Assembly: GCA_963750165.1 (NCBI GenBank)
Contig: CAVVPN010000003.1
Location: forward strand, 928,001 to 992,000
Length of the DNA: 64,000 nt
Source: an uncultured Gemmataceae bacterium
GTDB taxonomy: Bacteria > Planctomycetota > Planctomycetia > Gemmatales > Gemmataceae
Direction: 5' to 3'
Notes under the pieces: generated by a model
Database searches by the model: none
Seen by the model: only the letters and a program-made list of their open reading frames with translations
What the model was told of the DNA's origin: nothing
Shown: one piece after another, positions 10,443-20,470 of the stretch
How positions within the stretch are numbered: position 1 is the stretch's first letter
How the letters are laid out: each line of letters begins with the position of its first letter
Position numbers and translations under genes: made by a program

Positions 10443-11579
10443 ATGCTCGCCACGGACACTCTGAACCTCGACAGGCTAACGGCCCCCATCTCCGCGGAAC
10501 ACCCCACCGGCGTGGACCTGCGCAGCGACCGCTCCCCCAACTCCCTCTACCGGCAGATTCGCGACGTCCGCGACACCGCCAAGACGGCGGAGCGGCAACT
10601 CCTCGTGGACGACGAGGAAGGCGGCGGGACAACACCCCCGGACTGGGTACCGGTGTTCGACCTGACCCGGCAGGCCCTCGCGGAAAAAACCAAGGACCTG
10701 GAACTCACGGTCTACCTGCTGGAGGCTCTGGTGCGCCGCGACGGCCTGGCCGGGCTGTCCGCGGGCTTCCACCTGATCCGTGAGTTGTGCGAGCGCTACT
10801 GGGACCAGCTGTATCCCGGCGCCGGTGCCGGTGCGGGGCTCGCGGACCGGGTCGCCCCGCTGGCGGGCCTGAACGACGTGGATGGCCTGATCCTGGAGCC
10901 CATGAACACCCTGCCGATCACGGAGGCCAGTGCCGCGGGGGGGCCGTACGATGGCGTGCGCTATCAGAAGGCAGTGGACCTGACCACGCGCGACGAGGCG
11001 ACGCGGCAAAAGCGCATTGCGGCGGGGACGATGCCGCTGGAGGCGCTCCAGGAGGCGGCCCAGGGGACCTCGCCGGAATTCTACGCGCGGGCGGTGGCCG
11101 CCCTGGCGGAATGCACCGATGCGCTGGAGCAACTGGGGGCCGTGCTGCAGGCGAAATGCGGCCGCGACGCGCCCTCCACGGCGCGGATCCGCGCCGCCCT
11201 GCAAAAATACGGCGAGGCGCTGCGCGGCGTGGCGAAGGACAAGGTGGCCGCCGCCATGCGGCCGCCCGGCGCGCCGCCGGCGCCGGCCGGCGCCGACGGG
11301 CCGGCGCCACCCGCGGCGGCGGCCCCGCTCCGGCCCGACGGGCCGCCGCCGACCCCCGGGCCCATCGGCAGCCGGGAGGAGGCGTTGCAAACCCTGCTGA
11401 AGGTGGCGGAATTTTTTCGCCGCACCGAGCCGCACACTCCGGTATCATATGCCCTGGAGGAGGCCGTCCGCTGGGGCAGGATGAAGCTGCCGGATTTGCT
11501 GGAAGAACTGATCGCCGACGAGGGGACACGGCAGCAGGTGTTCAAGCGGGTGGGCATCCGGCCGCCGTCCGCCGGGTGA
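10443..11579 (+). CDS. tssA: T6SS protein TssA (ImpA N-terminal domain)
   Basis: [29 protein letters not shown], Pro-rich linker, C-terminal [30 protein letters not shown]. Confidence 0.92.
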   Translation: MLATDTLNLDRLTAPISAEHPTGVDLRSDRSPNSLYRQIRDVRDTAKTAERQLLVDDEEGGGTTPPDWVPVFDLTRQALAEKTKDLELTVYLLEALVRRDGLAGLSAGFHLIRELCERYWDQLYPGAGAGAGLADRVAPLAGLNDVDGLILEPMNTLPITEASAAGGPYDGVRYQKAVDLTTRDEATRQKRIAAGTMPLEALQEAAQGTSPEFYARAVAALAECTDALEQLGAVLQAKCGRDAPSTARIRAALQKYGEALRGVAKDKVAAAMRPPGAPPAPAGADGPAPPAAAAPLRPDGPPPTPGPIGSREEALQTLLKVAEFFRRTEPHTPVSYALEEAVRWGRMKLPDLLEELIADEGTRQQVFKRVGIRPPSAG

Positions 11580-11620
11580 GGCCCGCCAACCGATTTCACG
11601 AGAAAGCGAGCGTTCAGACC

Positions 11621-12151
11621 ATGTCGCGCAGCATTCACGACGAGCTGAGTATGGTCCGCAAGCCCCGGGTACACATCACCTACGCGGTGGAAACCGAAGG
11701 GGCAGAGGTCGTCAAGGAACTGCCCTTCGTGGTGGGCGTCCTGGGCGACTTCTCAGGCAACCCCACCGAGCCGCTCAAGCCGCTGAGCGAGCGCAAGTTC
11801 ATCCAGATCGACCGGGATAATTTCAACGACGTGCTGCGGCGGATGACGCCGGGGCTGAACCTGCGGGTGGCGAACACCCTGAAGGACGACGGCAGCGAAC
11901 TGCCGGTGCAGCTGAAATTCAACTCGCTGGACGACTTCACGCCGGGCCAGGTGGTCAAGCAGGTGGAGCCGCTCCGCAAGTTACTCGAGGCCCGCAACAA
12001 GCTCCGCGACCTGTTGACGCGCGTGGACCGATCCGAAAAACTGGAGGGCCTGCTCGAGGAGGCCCTGCAGAACACCGAAAAACTCAAGCAATTCACGCCG
12101 GGTTCGGGCGGCGATGCCGCGGGCGACGCGAAGAAGGGGGGTGACTCGTGA
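11621..12151 (+). CDS. tssB: T6SS sheath small subunit TssB
   Basis: [50 protein letters not shown]. Confidence 0.97.
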   Translation: MSRSIHDELSMVRKPRVHITYAVETEGAEVVKELPFVVGVLGDFSGNPTEPLKPLSERKFIQIDRDNFNDVLRRMTPGLNLRVANTLKDDGSELPVQLKFNSLDDFTPGQVVKQVEPLRKLLEARNKLRDLLTRVDRSEKLEGLLEEALQNTEKLKQFTPGSGGDAAGDAKKGGDS

Positions 12152-13635
12152 GCCCGAAGGAACAGGCACAGGGCCGGCCGGCCGCCGAGACCCAGGAGGT
12201 CAGCCTCCTGGAGGAGGCCATCAAGCTCACCAAAACCGAGCGGTCCCAGGCCGAGGACATGCTCAGTAACCTCGCCGAGTGGGCGCTGAACAACACCATC
12301 ACCTGGGACAAGAACGTCACCCGGTCGATCAAGAAGGGCATGGAGGTCATCGACCAGATGATCTCGCGGCAGCTGGCCGCCATCATGCACGCGCCGGAGT
12401 TCCAGAAACTCGAGGGGACGTGGCGCGGCCTGCACTACCTGGTGCAGAACTCGCGGACCAGCGCCCAGCTCAAGCTCAAGGTGTTCAACGTCTCCAAGAA
12501 GGAACTGCTCAAGGACGTCGAGTCGGCGGTCGAGTTCGATCAGAGCCAGATCTTCAAGAAGGTATACACCAGCGAGTTCGACATGCCCGGCGGCGAGCCG
12601 TACGGGGCGCTCATCGGCGACTACGAATTCACCAACCACCCCGACGATCTGACGCTGGTCAGCAAGATGTCGAACGTGGCGGCGGCGGGGTTCTGCCCGT
12701 TCCTGACGGCGGCCTCGCCGGAGCTGTTCGGCTTCGACAAGTGGACCGAACTGTCCAAGCCGCGCGACCTGGAGCGGATCTTTGACACGGTCGAGTACAC
12801 GAAGTGGAAGTCGCTCCGCAACTCGGAGGACGCGCGCTTCGTCACGCTCACGCTGCCGCGCGTCCTGGCGCGGCTGCCGTACGGGGCGCAGACGAAGCCA
12901 ATCGAGGAGTTCGCCTACGAGGAGTTCGAGCAGAACCGCACGAGCAAGCCGCAGCCGGCGCCGCACGACCACTTCACGTGGATGAACGCCGCCTACGTGC
13001 TCGGCGTGCGGCTGACGGATGCGTTCTCGCAGTATGGCTTCTGCGTGGCCATCCGCGGGGCCGAGGGCGGCGGCATGGTGCAGGGGCTGCCGCCGTACAT
13101 CTTCACCAGCGACGACGGCGACCCGGACCTCAAGTGTCCGACGGAGATCGGCATCACCGACCGCCGCGAGAAGGAGCTGAGCGACCTGGGCTTTCTGCCG
13201 CTGTGCCACTACAAGAACACCGATTACGCGGTCTTTTTCGGCGCCCAGACGGCGCAGAAGCCCAAGAAGTACGACCGGCCCGAGGCGACCGCCAACGCCG
13301 CCATCTCGGCGCGGCTGCCGTACATCATGGCGACGTCGCGCTTCGCCCACTACCTCAAGGTAATGGCCCGCGACTGGATCGGCTCGCTGATGGAGGCTTC
13401 CGACACCGAAGCGCGGCTGACGCGCTGGATCATGAATTACGTCAACAACAACGAGAAGGCCTCGCAGGAGGAAAAGGCCCGCTACCCGTTGCGCGACGCG
13501 AAGGTGCAGGTCAAGGAGATTCCCGGCAAGCCCGGCTCGTACAACGCCATCGCCTGGCTGCGGCCGTGGCTGCAGCTGGAGGAGCTGAACGCCTCGCTGC
13601 GCATGGTGGCCCGCATCCCGCAGCTGGGCAGCTAG
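12148..13635 (+). CDS. tssC: T6SS sheath large subunit TssC (copy 1)
   Basis: GTG overlapping tssB stop. [63 protein letters not shown]. Confidence 0.97.
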   Translation: MSPKEQAQGRPAAETQEVSLLEEAIKLTKTERSQAEDMLSNLAEWALNNTITWDKNVTRSIKKGMEVIDQMISRQLAAIMHAPEFQKLEGTWRGLHYLVQNSRTSAQLKLKVFNVSKKELLKDVESAVEFDQSQIFKKVYTSEFDMPGGEPYGALIGDYEFTNHPDDLTLVSKMSNVAAAGFCPFLTAASPELFGFDKWTELSKPRDLERIFDTVEYTKWKSLRNSEDARFVTLTLPRVLARLPYGAQTKPIEEFAYEEFEQNRTSKPQPAPHDHFTWMNAAYVLGVRLTDAFSQYGFCVAIRGAEGGGMVQGLPPYIFTSDDGDPDLKCPTEIGITDRREKELSDLGFLPLCHYKNTDYAVFFGAQTAQKPKKYDRPEATANAAISARLPYIMATSRFAHYLKVMARDWIGSLMEASDTEARLTRWIMNYVNNNEKASQEEKARYPLRDAKVQVKEIPGKPGSYNAIAWLRPWLQLEELNASLRMVARIPQLGS

Positions 13636-13652
13636 AGCGGTTGGCGTTTGGG

Positions 13653-13711
13653 CGTAGCGGAAGTCGCCAGACTTCCGAAGCCGCTACGGAAGTCTGGCGA
13701 CTTCCGCTACG
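13653..13711. repeat. REPIN-like element: two inverted GTAG-type REPs
   Basis: Perfect 25-bp inverted repeat CGTAGCGGAAGTCGCCAGACTTCCG / CGGAAGTCTGGCGACTTCCGCTACG with 9-nt loop. Each arm is GTAG plus an internal palindrome CGGAAGTC-gcca-GACTTCCG. Confidence 0.8.
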
Positions 13712-13886
13712 AACAGATCGCTACACCCGACCGCGATGCGCGCTAGGCCGGCGGCCACGGTTACTTCGAGCCTTTTTCCCGAGCGGACCCGTTTATGTTT
13801 CGCGCGCTGCCGGTGCGCGGAACGTAAACGCATTCCGCGGAGCGGCAGCGCCGAGTGCGCAGTGAACTCCTTACCCCTGGATTGAG

Positions 13887-15510
13887 ATGGACCCCTCCGC
13901 CGGCGCCGCCGCCCTTCCCCCAAGCGTCCCCCAGACCGCACTGGTAGACGCCCCGGCCCCGGCGTTCGCGAGCCCGCCCGCGGCGGTCGGCCTGCTCGAC
14001 CACCTCCTGCAGGCGGCCCAGTCCGCCAGCAACCACGCCACCCACTGGCTGGACCGCTTTCTCGCGGAAACCTCCCTGGAGCAGGCGCTGGCGTTCTGGT
14101 GCGCGCGCAGCGCGACCGGGCCGCGGACCCGCCAGGAACTGGCCCAGTCCCTGAGCCGCGACATCGCCCGCCTCGACGCACTCCTGAGCCGGCAAGTCAA
14201 CGCCATCCTGCACCACCCGCAGTTCCAGCAACTGGAGGCCTCCTGGCGGGGGTTGCACTACCTTGTGGAGCAGGCCGGCGCGGCCGAGACGGCGAAAATT
14301 CGGGTCCTCAACCTCTCCTGGGCCGAACTGACGCGCGATCTCGACCAGGCCCTGGAGTTCGATCAGAGTCAGCTGTTCCGCAAGGTGTACGAGGGCGAGT
14401 TCGGCATGCCCGGCGGCGAGCCGTTCGCGGTCCTGCTCGGGGACTACGAGGTCCGGCCGCGGCCCACGGCGGAGCACCCCCACGACGACATCGCCACGCT
14501 GGCGGCCGTCGCCCGGGTGGCGGCGGCGGCCTTCGCGCCGTTCATCGCCGCGGCCCATCCGTCTCTGCTGGGGCTGGACAGTTTTACGGAGTTGGAGCGG
14601 CCCCCGAACCTGGCGCGGGCGTTCGACCAGCTGGAGTACCTCACCTGGCGGCGGCTGCGGGACGGCGAGGACGCCCGCTTCGTCGGGTTGACGATGCCGC
14701 GCGTCCTGTGGCGGCTGCCCTACCGCGACGACGGCACCCGCGTCGATGGGTTCGCGTTCAGGGAGGAAATCGAGGATCCGGCGCGGCGGCAGTACCTGTG
14801 GGGCAACGCCACCTACGCCTACGGCGCCGTGCTGCTGCGGGCGTTCGACGAAAACGGCTGGCTGGCGAACATCCGCGGCGTGCATCGCGACCCGGACGCC
14901 GGGGTCGGCGGCGGCGGCCTGGTGACCGGGCTGCCGGTCCACGCCTTCCGCACCGACCACCTGGGCGTCGCCGTCAAGTCGTCCACCGACATCCAGCTCA
15001 CCGACTTCCTGGAGAAGGAGCTGAGCGAGCTGGGCTTCTTGCCACTGTGCCACTGCCCGGACACCGAGGTGTCGGCGTTCTACAGCAGCGCGTCGGTGCA
15101 GAAGCCGCGCCGCTTCCAGGAGGCGGCGGCCACGGCCAGCGCCCGGCTGTCGGCGATGCTGCACTGCCTGCTGTGCGCCTGCCGGTTCGCCCACTACCTC
15201 AAGGTGATGATGCGCGACAAGCTGGGCGGCTTCACCGGCCCGGCCGAGTGCGAGGCGCACCTTGACGCCTGGCTGCGCGGCTACACGACCGCCACGAACG
15301 ACGACGACATCAGCTCGTCGGTGCGCCGCCGCTACCCGCTGCGCGAGGGCGCGTCCGCGTCCGCGAACACCCGCGCAAACCGGGGAGTTACACCTGTGTC
15401 ATGTACCTTCGCCCGCACTTCCAGCTGGACCAGGTGGTCACCGCGGTCAAGCTGACCACCGAACTGGTGCCGATGACCAGCTCGACGGCCCGGAAAGGAC
15501 CCCGCCATGA
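13887..15510 (+). CDS. tssC: T6SS sheath large subunit TssC (copy 2, N-terminally extended); frameshift near 15349, 3' end uncertain
   Basis: [44 protein letters not shown]. Continues in another frame as VRVREHPRKPGSYTCVMYLRPHFQLD. The end probably overlaps the tagJ ATG via a second slip. Confidence 0.9.
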
Positions 15511-16307
15511 GCGCAGCAGACGATTTTCAGGCCGGGCGGCTGCGGGAGGCCGTCGCCGCGCAGACCGAGGCGGTGCGCCAGCACCCGGACGACCCGGCCC
15601 GGCGCGTCTTCCTGGCGGAACTGCTGTGTTTCGCCGGCGACCTGCCGCGCGCCGACAAGCAGCTCGACGCCACCGCCCACCTGAACCCCAAACTGACGCC
15701 GGGCATTAGCCTGCTCCGCAACCTGATCCGGGCGGAGCAGGCGCGGCAGCAGTTTTACAGCGACGGCCGGCTCCCCGAATTTCTGGAGGAGCCGTCGCCG
15801 GTGTTCCGGCTGCACCTGGAGGCGTCGATCTGTCTGCGCGAGGGCAAGCCGGCCGACGCGTCGGCCCTGCTGGCGCAGGCCGAGGCGCAGCGCGTCCGTG
15901 TGAGCGGCACCTGCGACGGCACGCCGTTCCAGGGGCTTCGCGACCTGGACGACCTGACCGCCCCCGTCCTCGAAGTCCTGGCGACCAACGGCAATTACTA
16001 CTGGATCCCGATCGAGCGCGTCGAGCGGGTGCAGTGCGAGGCGCCGCGGCAGCCGCGCGACCTGCTGTGGCGGCGCGCCCAGCTGGCGGTGAGCGGCGGG
16101 CCGGACGGCGAGGTCTACCTGCCCACCCTGTATGCCGGCGCTGCCGCGGAGACGGACGATGGCCTGCGCCTGGGGCGCCGCACCGACTGGCGCGGCGGCG
16201 ACGGCGCGCCGGTGCGCGGCGTGGGCCAGCGCATGCTGCTGGTGGGCGGCGAGGCGCGGTCGATCCTGGAACTGCGCGACCTGACCGTGGAACAACCGCC
16301 CGCCTGA
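15507..16307 (+). CDS. tagJ: T6SS accessory protein TagJ (ImpE/SciE family)
   Basis: VRQHP.D...R.FLAELLCFAGD..RADKQL, RDLDD...PVLE, YYWIP, RDLLW, YLPTLY, LRLGRRTDW, GVGQR. Confidence 0.92.
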   Translation: MSAADDFQAGRLREAVAAQTEAVRQHPDDPARRVFLAELLCFAGDLPRADKQLDATAHLNPKLTPGISLLRNLIRAEQARQQFYSDGRLPEFLEEPSPVFRLHLEASICLREGKPADASALLAQAEAQRVRVSGTCDGTPFQGLRDLDDLTAPVLEVLATNGNYYWIPIERVERVQCEAPRQPRDLLWRRAQLAVSGGPDGEVYLPTLYAGAAAETDDGLRLGRRTDWRGGDGAPVRGVGQRMLLVGGEARSILELRDLTVEQPPA

Positions 16308-16318
16308 GGAGGCACCCC

Positions 16319-16812
16319 GTGGCCCGTGTCAAACCCGACCAGCCGCTCGTGCCCTCGGTGCTGGACCGCCTGCTCGACGACGAGCCGGGCGTGTCCACCG
16401 AGGCGCCGCGCTCGCGCGGCCAGGTGCTGCGCGAGCTGAAGCTGTCCGTGCAGCGCGACCTGAATCACCTGCTGAACACCCGCTGGCGGTGCCGGCACTG
16501 GCCGGCGGACCTCAAGGAACTGGGGCAGTCGCTGGTCAACTACGGCATCCCGGATTTCGCCGGCAGCAACCTGGCCTCCGCGGACAGCCGCCGGGCGCTG
16601 TGCCGCATCCTGGAGGACGTCATCCGGGCGTACCAGCCGGCCTTTTTGAAGGTCACCGTCCGTGTGCGCGACGACGACGAGCCGCTCGACGGCACGCTGC
16701 GCTTCCGCATCGACGCCCTGCTGCGCGTACATCCGCGCCGGAACCGGTTACCTTCGACCCGGACCTGGAACTGGACACCGGGACATTCAAGTTCGAGGCG
16801 CCGTCCCCATGA
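16319..16812 (+). CDS. tssE: T6SS baseplate subunit TssE (gp25-like); frameshift near 16733
   Basis: GTG after GAGGAGG. PSVLDRLLDD, SVQRDLNHLLNTR, SLVNYGIPDF, LRFRIDALL, then PEPVTFD in another frame ending with ATGA overlap on tssF. Confidence 0.9.
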
Positions 16813-18639
16813 GCGACGACCTGCTGGCGTATTACAACAAGGAACTGAGCTACCTCCGCCACCTGGGCGACGCCTTCGGCCGGGCGCACCCCAAGATCGC
16901 CCGCCGGCTGCGCCTGGACGCGGGCGCCAGCGACGACCCGCACGTCGAGCGCCTGCTGGAGGGCTTCGCCTACCTGAGCGCCCGCATCCGGCACAAGCTC
17001 GACGACGACCTGCCGGAAATCAGCGACGCCCTGCTCGGCGTGCTCTACCCGCACTACCAGGCGCCGGTGCCGTCGCTGGCGCTGGTGCAGTTCGCCCTGG
17101 ACCCGGGGCAGGCCGAGCTGGCGCAGGGCTACGCGCTCCCGGCCGGCACCGCCCTTGAGGCCGAGGCGCCCGACGGGGGGACCTGCTCCTTCCGCACCTG
17201 CTACCCGGTGACGCTCTGGCCGCTGGCGGTGCATGAGGCGGGCCTGCGCAAGCCGCCGTTCACCGCCCCGGTGACGCCGTTCTCCGGCAAGGCGGCGGCG
17301 GTGCTGCGGCTGTCGCTGCGCGGCCTCGCGCCCGCCCTGCCGCCGGCGCAACTGGAACTGGATGTGCTGCGGCTGTACCTGAAGGGCCAGCCGCAGCACA
17401 TCTACCCGCTGTACGAACTGCTGCACAAGGACACGCTCGGGGTCGCGGTGGCGGCGTCGGCCAACGACCCCGAGCCGGCCGTCCTGCCGCGGTCCTGTGT
17501 GCGGCCCGTCGGCTTCGACCGCGCCGAGGGCGCCCTGCCCTACACGGCCCGCTCGTTCCTGGGCTACCGGCTGTTGACCGAGTACTTCACGTTCCCGGAG
17601 AAATTTTTGTTCGTGGACCTGGCAGGGCTGCGCGGGCGACGGCCGCGCCGCCCCGGCGCGGCGCTGGAGGTCTACTTCTACCTGAGTCACTGGTCGAAGG
17701 ACCTGGAGCAGAACGTCACGGCGGACACGTTCCGGCTCGGCTGCACGCCGGTGGTCAACCTGTTCGCGCACCGCGCCGACCCGATCGAGCTGACCCAGAC
17801 TGAGTGGGAGTACCGCGTCGTGCCCGACCGCCGCCGGCCCGCGGGGCTCGAGGTGTACTCGGTGGACCGCGTCGTCGCCAGTTCGCCCGACGGCGCGGCC
17901 GTCGAGTACCGGCCCTTCTTCTCCACCCGGCACAGTCAGGAGGGCGAAGCGCCGGCGCCGTTCTGGTTCGCCACACGGCGGCCGTCCGAGGTGCCCGACG
18001 ACGCCGGGACCGAGGTGTACCTGTCGCTGGTCGATCTGAACCTGCGGCCGGCGGCGCCGGCGGCGTGGACCGTCACCGTGGAGACGACCTGCCTGAACCG
18101 CGACCTGCCGCGGCAGCTGCCCTACGGCGGCGACCAGCCGCGGCTGACGCTGAGCGCGGGCCGTGGCCCGGTGGGGGACATCCGCTGCCTGACGCCACCC
18201 ACGCCGACGCGCCGGCCTGCCCTCAAGCACGGGGCCATGTGGCGACTGATCTCGCACCTGACGCTGAACCACCTGTCCGTTGTGCATGACGGCGACGGTG
18301 CCGCGGCGCTCCGCGAGATCCTCAAGCTGTACGACTTCGCCGGCTCCGCCGAGACGCTGGCCCTGATCGACGGCCTGCGCGGCGCGCGGGCGGCCCGCCG
18401 TGGCGCGCGTCGGCCCGCCGGGCCGGTCGGCCGTCTGCCGCGGCGTCGAGGTCGCGCTGACGTTCAACGCCGAGAAGTTCGCCGGGCAGGGGGCGTACCT
18501 GTTCGCGTGCGTGCTGGAGCGGTTCCTGGCGCTGTACTGTTCGGTCAATTCGTTTACCCGGGTCGTCGCCACCGTTGAGGGGCGCGAGGGGGTGTGGTGT
18601 CAATGGCCGCCGCGGGCTGGGGAGATGATCTTGCTCTGA
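16809..18639 (+). CDS. tssF: T6SS baseplate subunit TssF; frameshift near 18390
   Basis: LLAYYNKELSYLR, DPHVERLLEGFAYL, GYRLLTEYFTFPEKFLF, LGCTPVVNLF, WRLISHLTLNHLS. Tail VLERFLALYCSVNSFT..WPPRAG in another frame. Confidence 0.95.
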
Positions 18640-19694
18640 CCCGGTGCCTGCAGCGCGAGGGGCACCGCTTCGACTTCTTCCAGGCGGTGCGCTTGCTGGA
18701 GCGCCTGGCCCGCGAGCGCGCCGCCGGCGCCGCGGCGCGGCCGTGGCGGCCCCTCGGGCAGGACTGGCCCGACCAGGAGGCCGTCCGCCTGCGCGTGCTG
18801 GCGGCGCTGAGCTTCCCCGCCAGTGCCGTCCACGAAATCCGGCCGCCGGTCGATTCGGGCCCGGCGGCGCCGCCGGAGTTGCTCGTCAGCTTCTTCGGGC
18901 TGACCGGCCCCAGCGGCGTGCTGCCGCAGCATTACACGTCGCTGCTCATCGAGCGCGTGCGGCAAAAAGACTTCGCCCTGCGCGACTTCCTGGACCTGTT
19001 CCACCACCGGCTGCTGTCCCTGTTCTACCGGGCCTGGCAGAAGTACCGGCTGCCGTTCGCCTATGAGCAGTCGCGGCTCGACCCGGGCGCCGACGCGGCG
19101 GACGCCGCGACCGGGGCCCTCTACTGCCTGGTCGGCCTCGGCACCGGCGGGCTGCGCCGGCGGCTGGCGGTCGATGACGAGGCGTTCCTGTTTTACGGCG
19201 GCCACTTCGCCCACCACCCGCGGAACGCCGATTCGCTGGAACGCTTGCTCGCGGACTACTTCGGCGTGGCAGTGGTGCTGGAGCAGTTTCGCGGCCAGTG
19301 GCTATACCTGGCGGAGGCGGACTGTTCGCAGTTGCCCACGGCGGCCGCGGCGGGGCGGAACCACGAACTGGGCGCCAACCTCGTGGTCGGCCGCCGCGTC
19401 TGGGATGTGCAGAGCAAGTTCCGATTGCGCCTGGGGCCGCTCACCTACGAGCAGTTCCGCGGCTTCCTGCCCGACGGGCGGGCCTTCCGGGCCCTGTGTC
19501 AGTTGACCCGCTCCTATGTGGGGTTAGAATTCGACTACGACGTGCAGCCGGTATTGCGCCGCGCGGAGGTGCCGCGCTGCCGGCTCACCCGGCAGGGGCC
19601 GGAGCGGCGCCGGCTCGGCTGGGACACCTGGGTGCGCTACGGCGACTTCCCGCGGGACGCGGAGGATGTCGTCCTACCCGCTCCGGCCGACTGA
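18603..19694 (+). CDS. tssG: T6SS baseplate subunit TssG
   Basis: FDFFQAVRLLE, FFGLTGPSGVLP.HYT, DFLDLFHHRLLSLFYRAW.KY, KFRLRLGPLTY..F..FLP, LGWDTW. Confidence 0.95.
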   Translation: MAAAGWGDDLALTRCLQREGHRFDFFQAVRLLERLARERAAGAAARPWRPLGQDWPDQEAVRLRVLAALSFPASAVHEIRPPVDSGPAAPPELLVSFFGLTGPSGVLPQHYTSLLIERVRQKDFALRDFLDLFHHRLLSLFYRAWQKYRLPFAYEQSRLDPGADAADAATGALYCLVGLGTGGLRRRLAVDDEAFLFYGGHFAHHPRNADSLERLLADYFGVAVVLEQFRGQWLYLAEADCSQLPTAAAAGRNHELGANLVVGRRVWDVQSKFRLRLGPLTYEQFRGFLPDGRAFRALCQLTRSYVGLEFDYDVQPVLRRAEVPRCRLTRQGPERRRLGWDTWVRYGDFPRDAEDVVLPAPAD

Positions 19695-19727
19695 GGGCGG
19701 CGCCGGCAGAACACCTTGGAGGCGACC

Positions 19728-20288
19728 ATGTCGGGGAAACGGCTTCCTGGCCCCGTGTGCAGCCATTCCCAGGGTTCCGGGCTCGACCCCGTGGACGACG
19801 GGACGTTGTGCCGCCAACCGTCGCCGCCCCCCGGGCCGCTGCAACCTTCACCCAGGGTCGAGAAGTCGCAGGCAGCCTGGGTCCGGGAGGCAGACGAGGA
19901 CGCGGCGCGGACGCAGGGCCTTCGCTTGCCGCCAGCGGAGAACGTGCCACTGCAACAGATCGTCACGGCGGCCTGGCACGCATTCCAGTACCTGAACCGC
20001 GCCCGGAAAGGCCACCCGCACGACACGGCCCTGGCGTGCGCCGAGCATTACGCCTACGCCCGTGCCGTGGTTTGCGCCGGCGGCCCCGTGGTGTACCCGC
20101 TCATGGTCGGTGTTGCGCTCTACTACGATGTCGCCAAGTGGGCCCTCGACAAGGTGAACCTCCGTCAGTTGCTCGACGCCAACCTGGACGGCTCGGGCTT
20201 CGTGACCGCCTCCTCTCCGGAACAGGTCAAGGCCGCCCGCGACGGGGCCGACGCAGGACTCGCGCTCCACTTCGCGGCGTTCCGGTAG
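19728..20288 (+). CDS. Hypothetical protein inside the T6SS core operon (possible effector or accessory)
   Basis: ATG after GGAGG, 186 aa, between tssG and clpV. Contains AEHYAYAR and a hydrophobic stretch. No family recognised. Confidence 0.65.
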   Translation: MSGKRLPGPVCSHSQGSGLDPVDDGTLCRQPSPPPGPLQPSPRVEKSQAAWVREADEDAARTQGLRLPPAENVPLQQIVTAAWHAFQYLNRARKGHPHDTALACAEHYAYARAVVCAGGPVVYPLMVGVALYYDVAKWALDKVNLRQLLDANLDGSGFVTASSPEQVKAARDGADAGLALHFAAFR

Positions 20289-20470
20289 ACGCGCTGTCCC
20301 GTTGATTCTGCCGGCCGGATGGCGAAAGAGGTGATTCGTCTGGCTCACCGCTCCCAGCCGATCCGCCATTCTGATTTCCGATGGCTTTTTCGCTGGCGAC
20401 AACTTGACCGGGGGCGTAAAATGCCTCCGCGTTGCCGGCGTGTTGGTGCAACACTCTGGATGGTGGCAGC

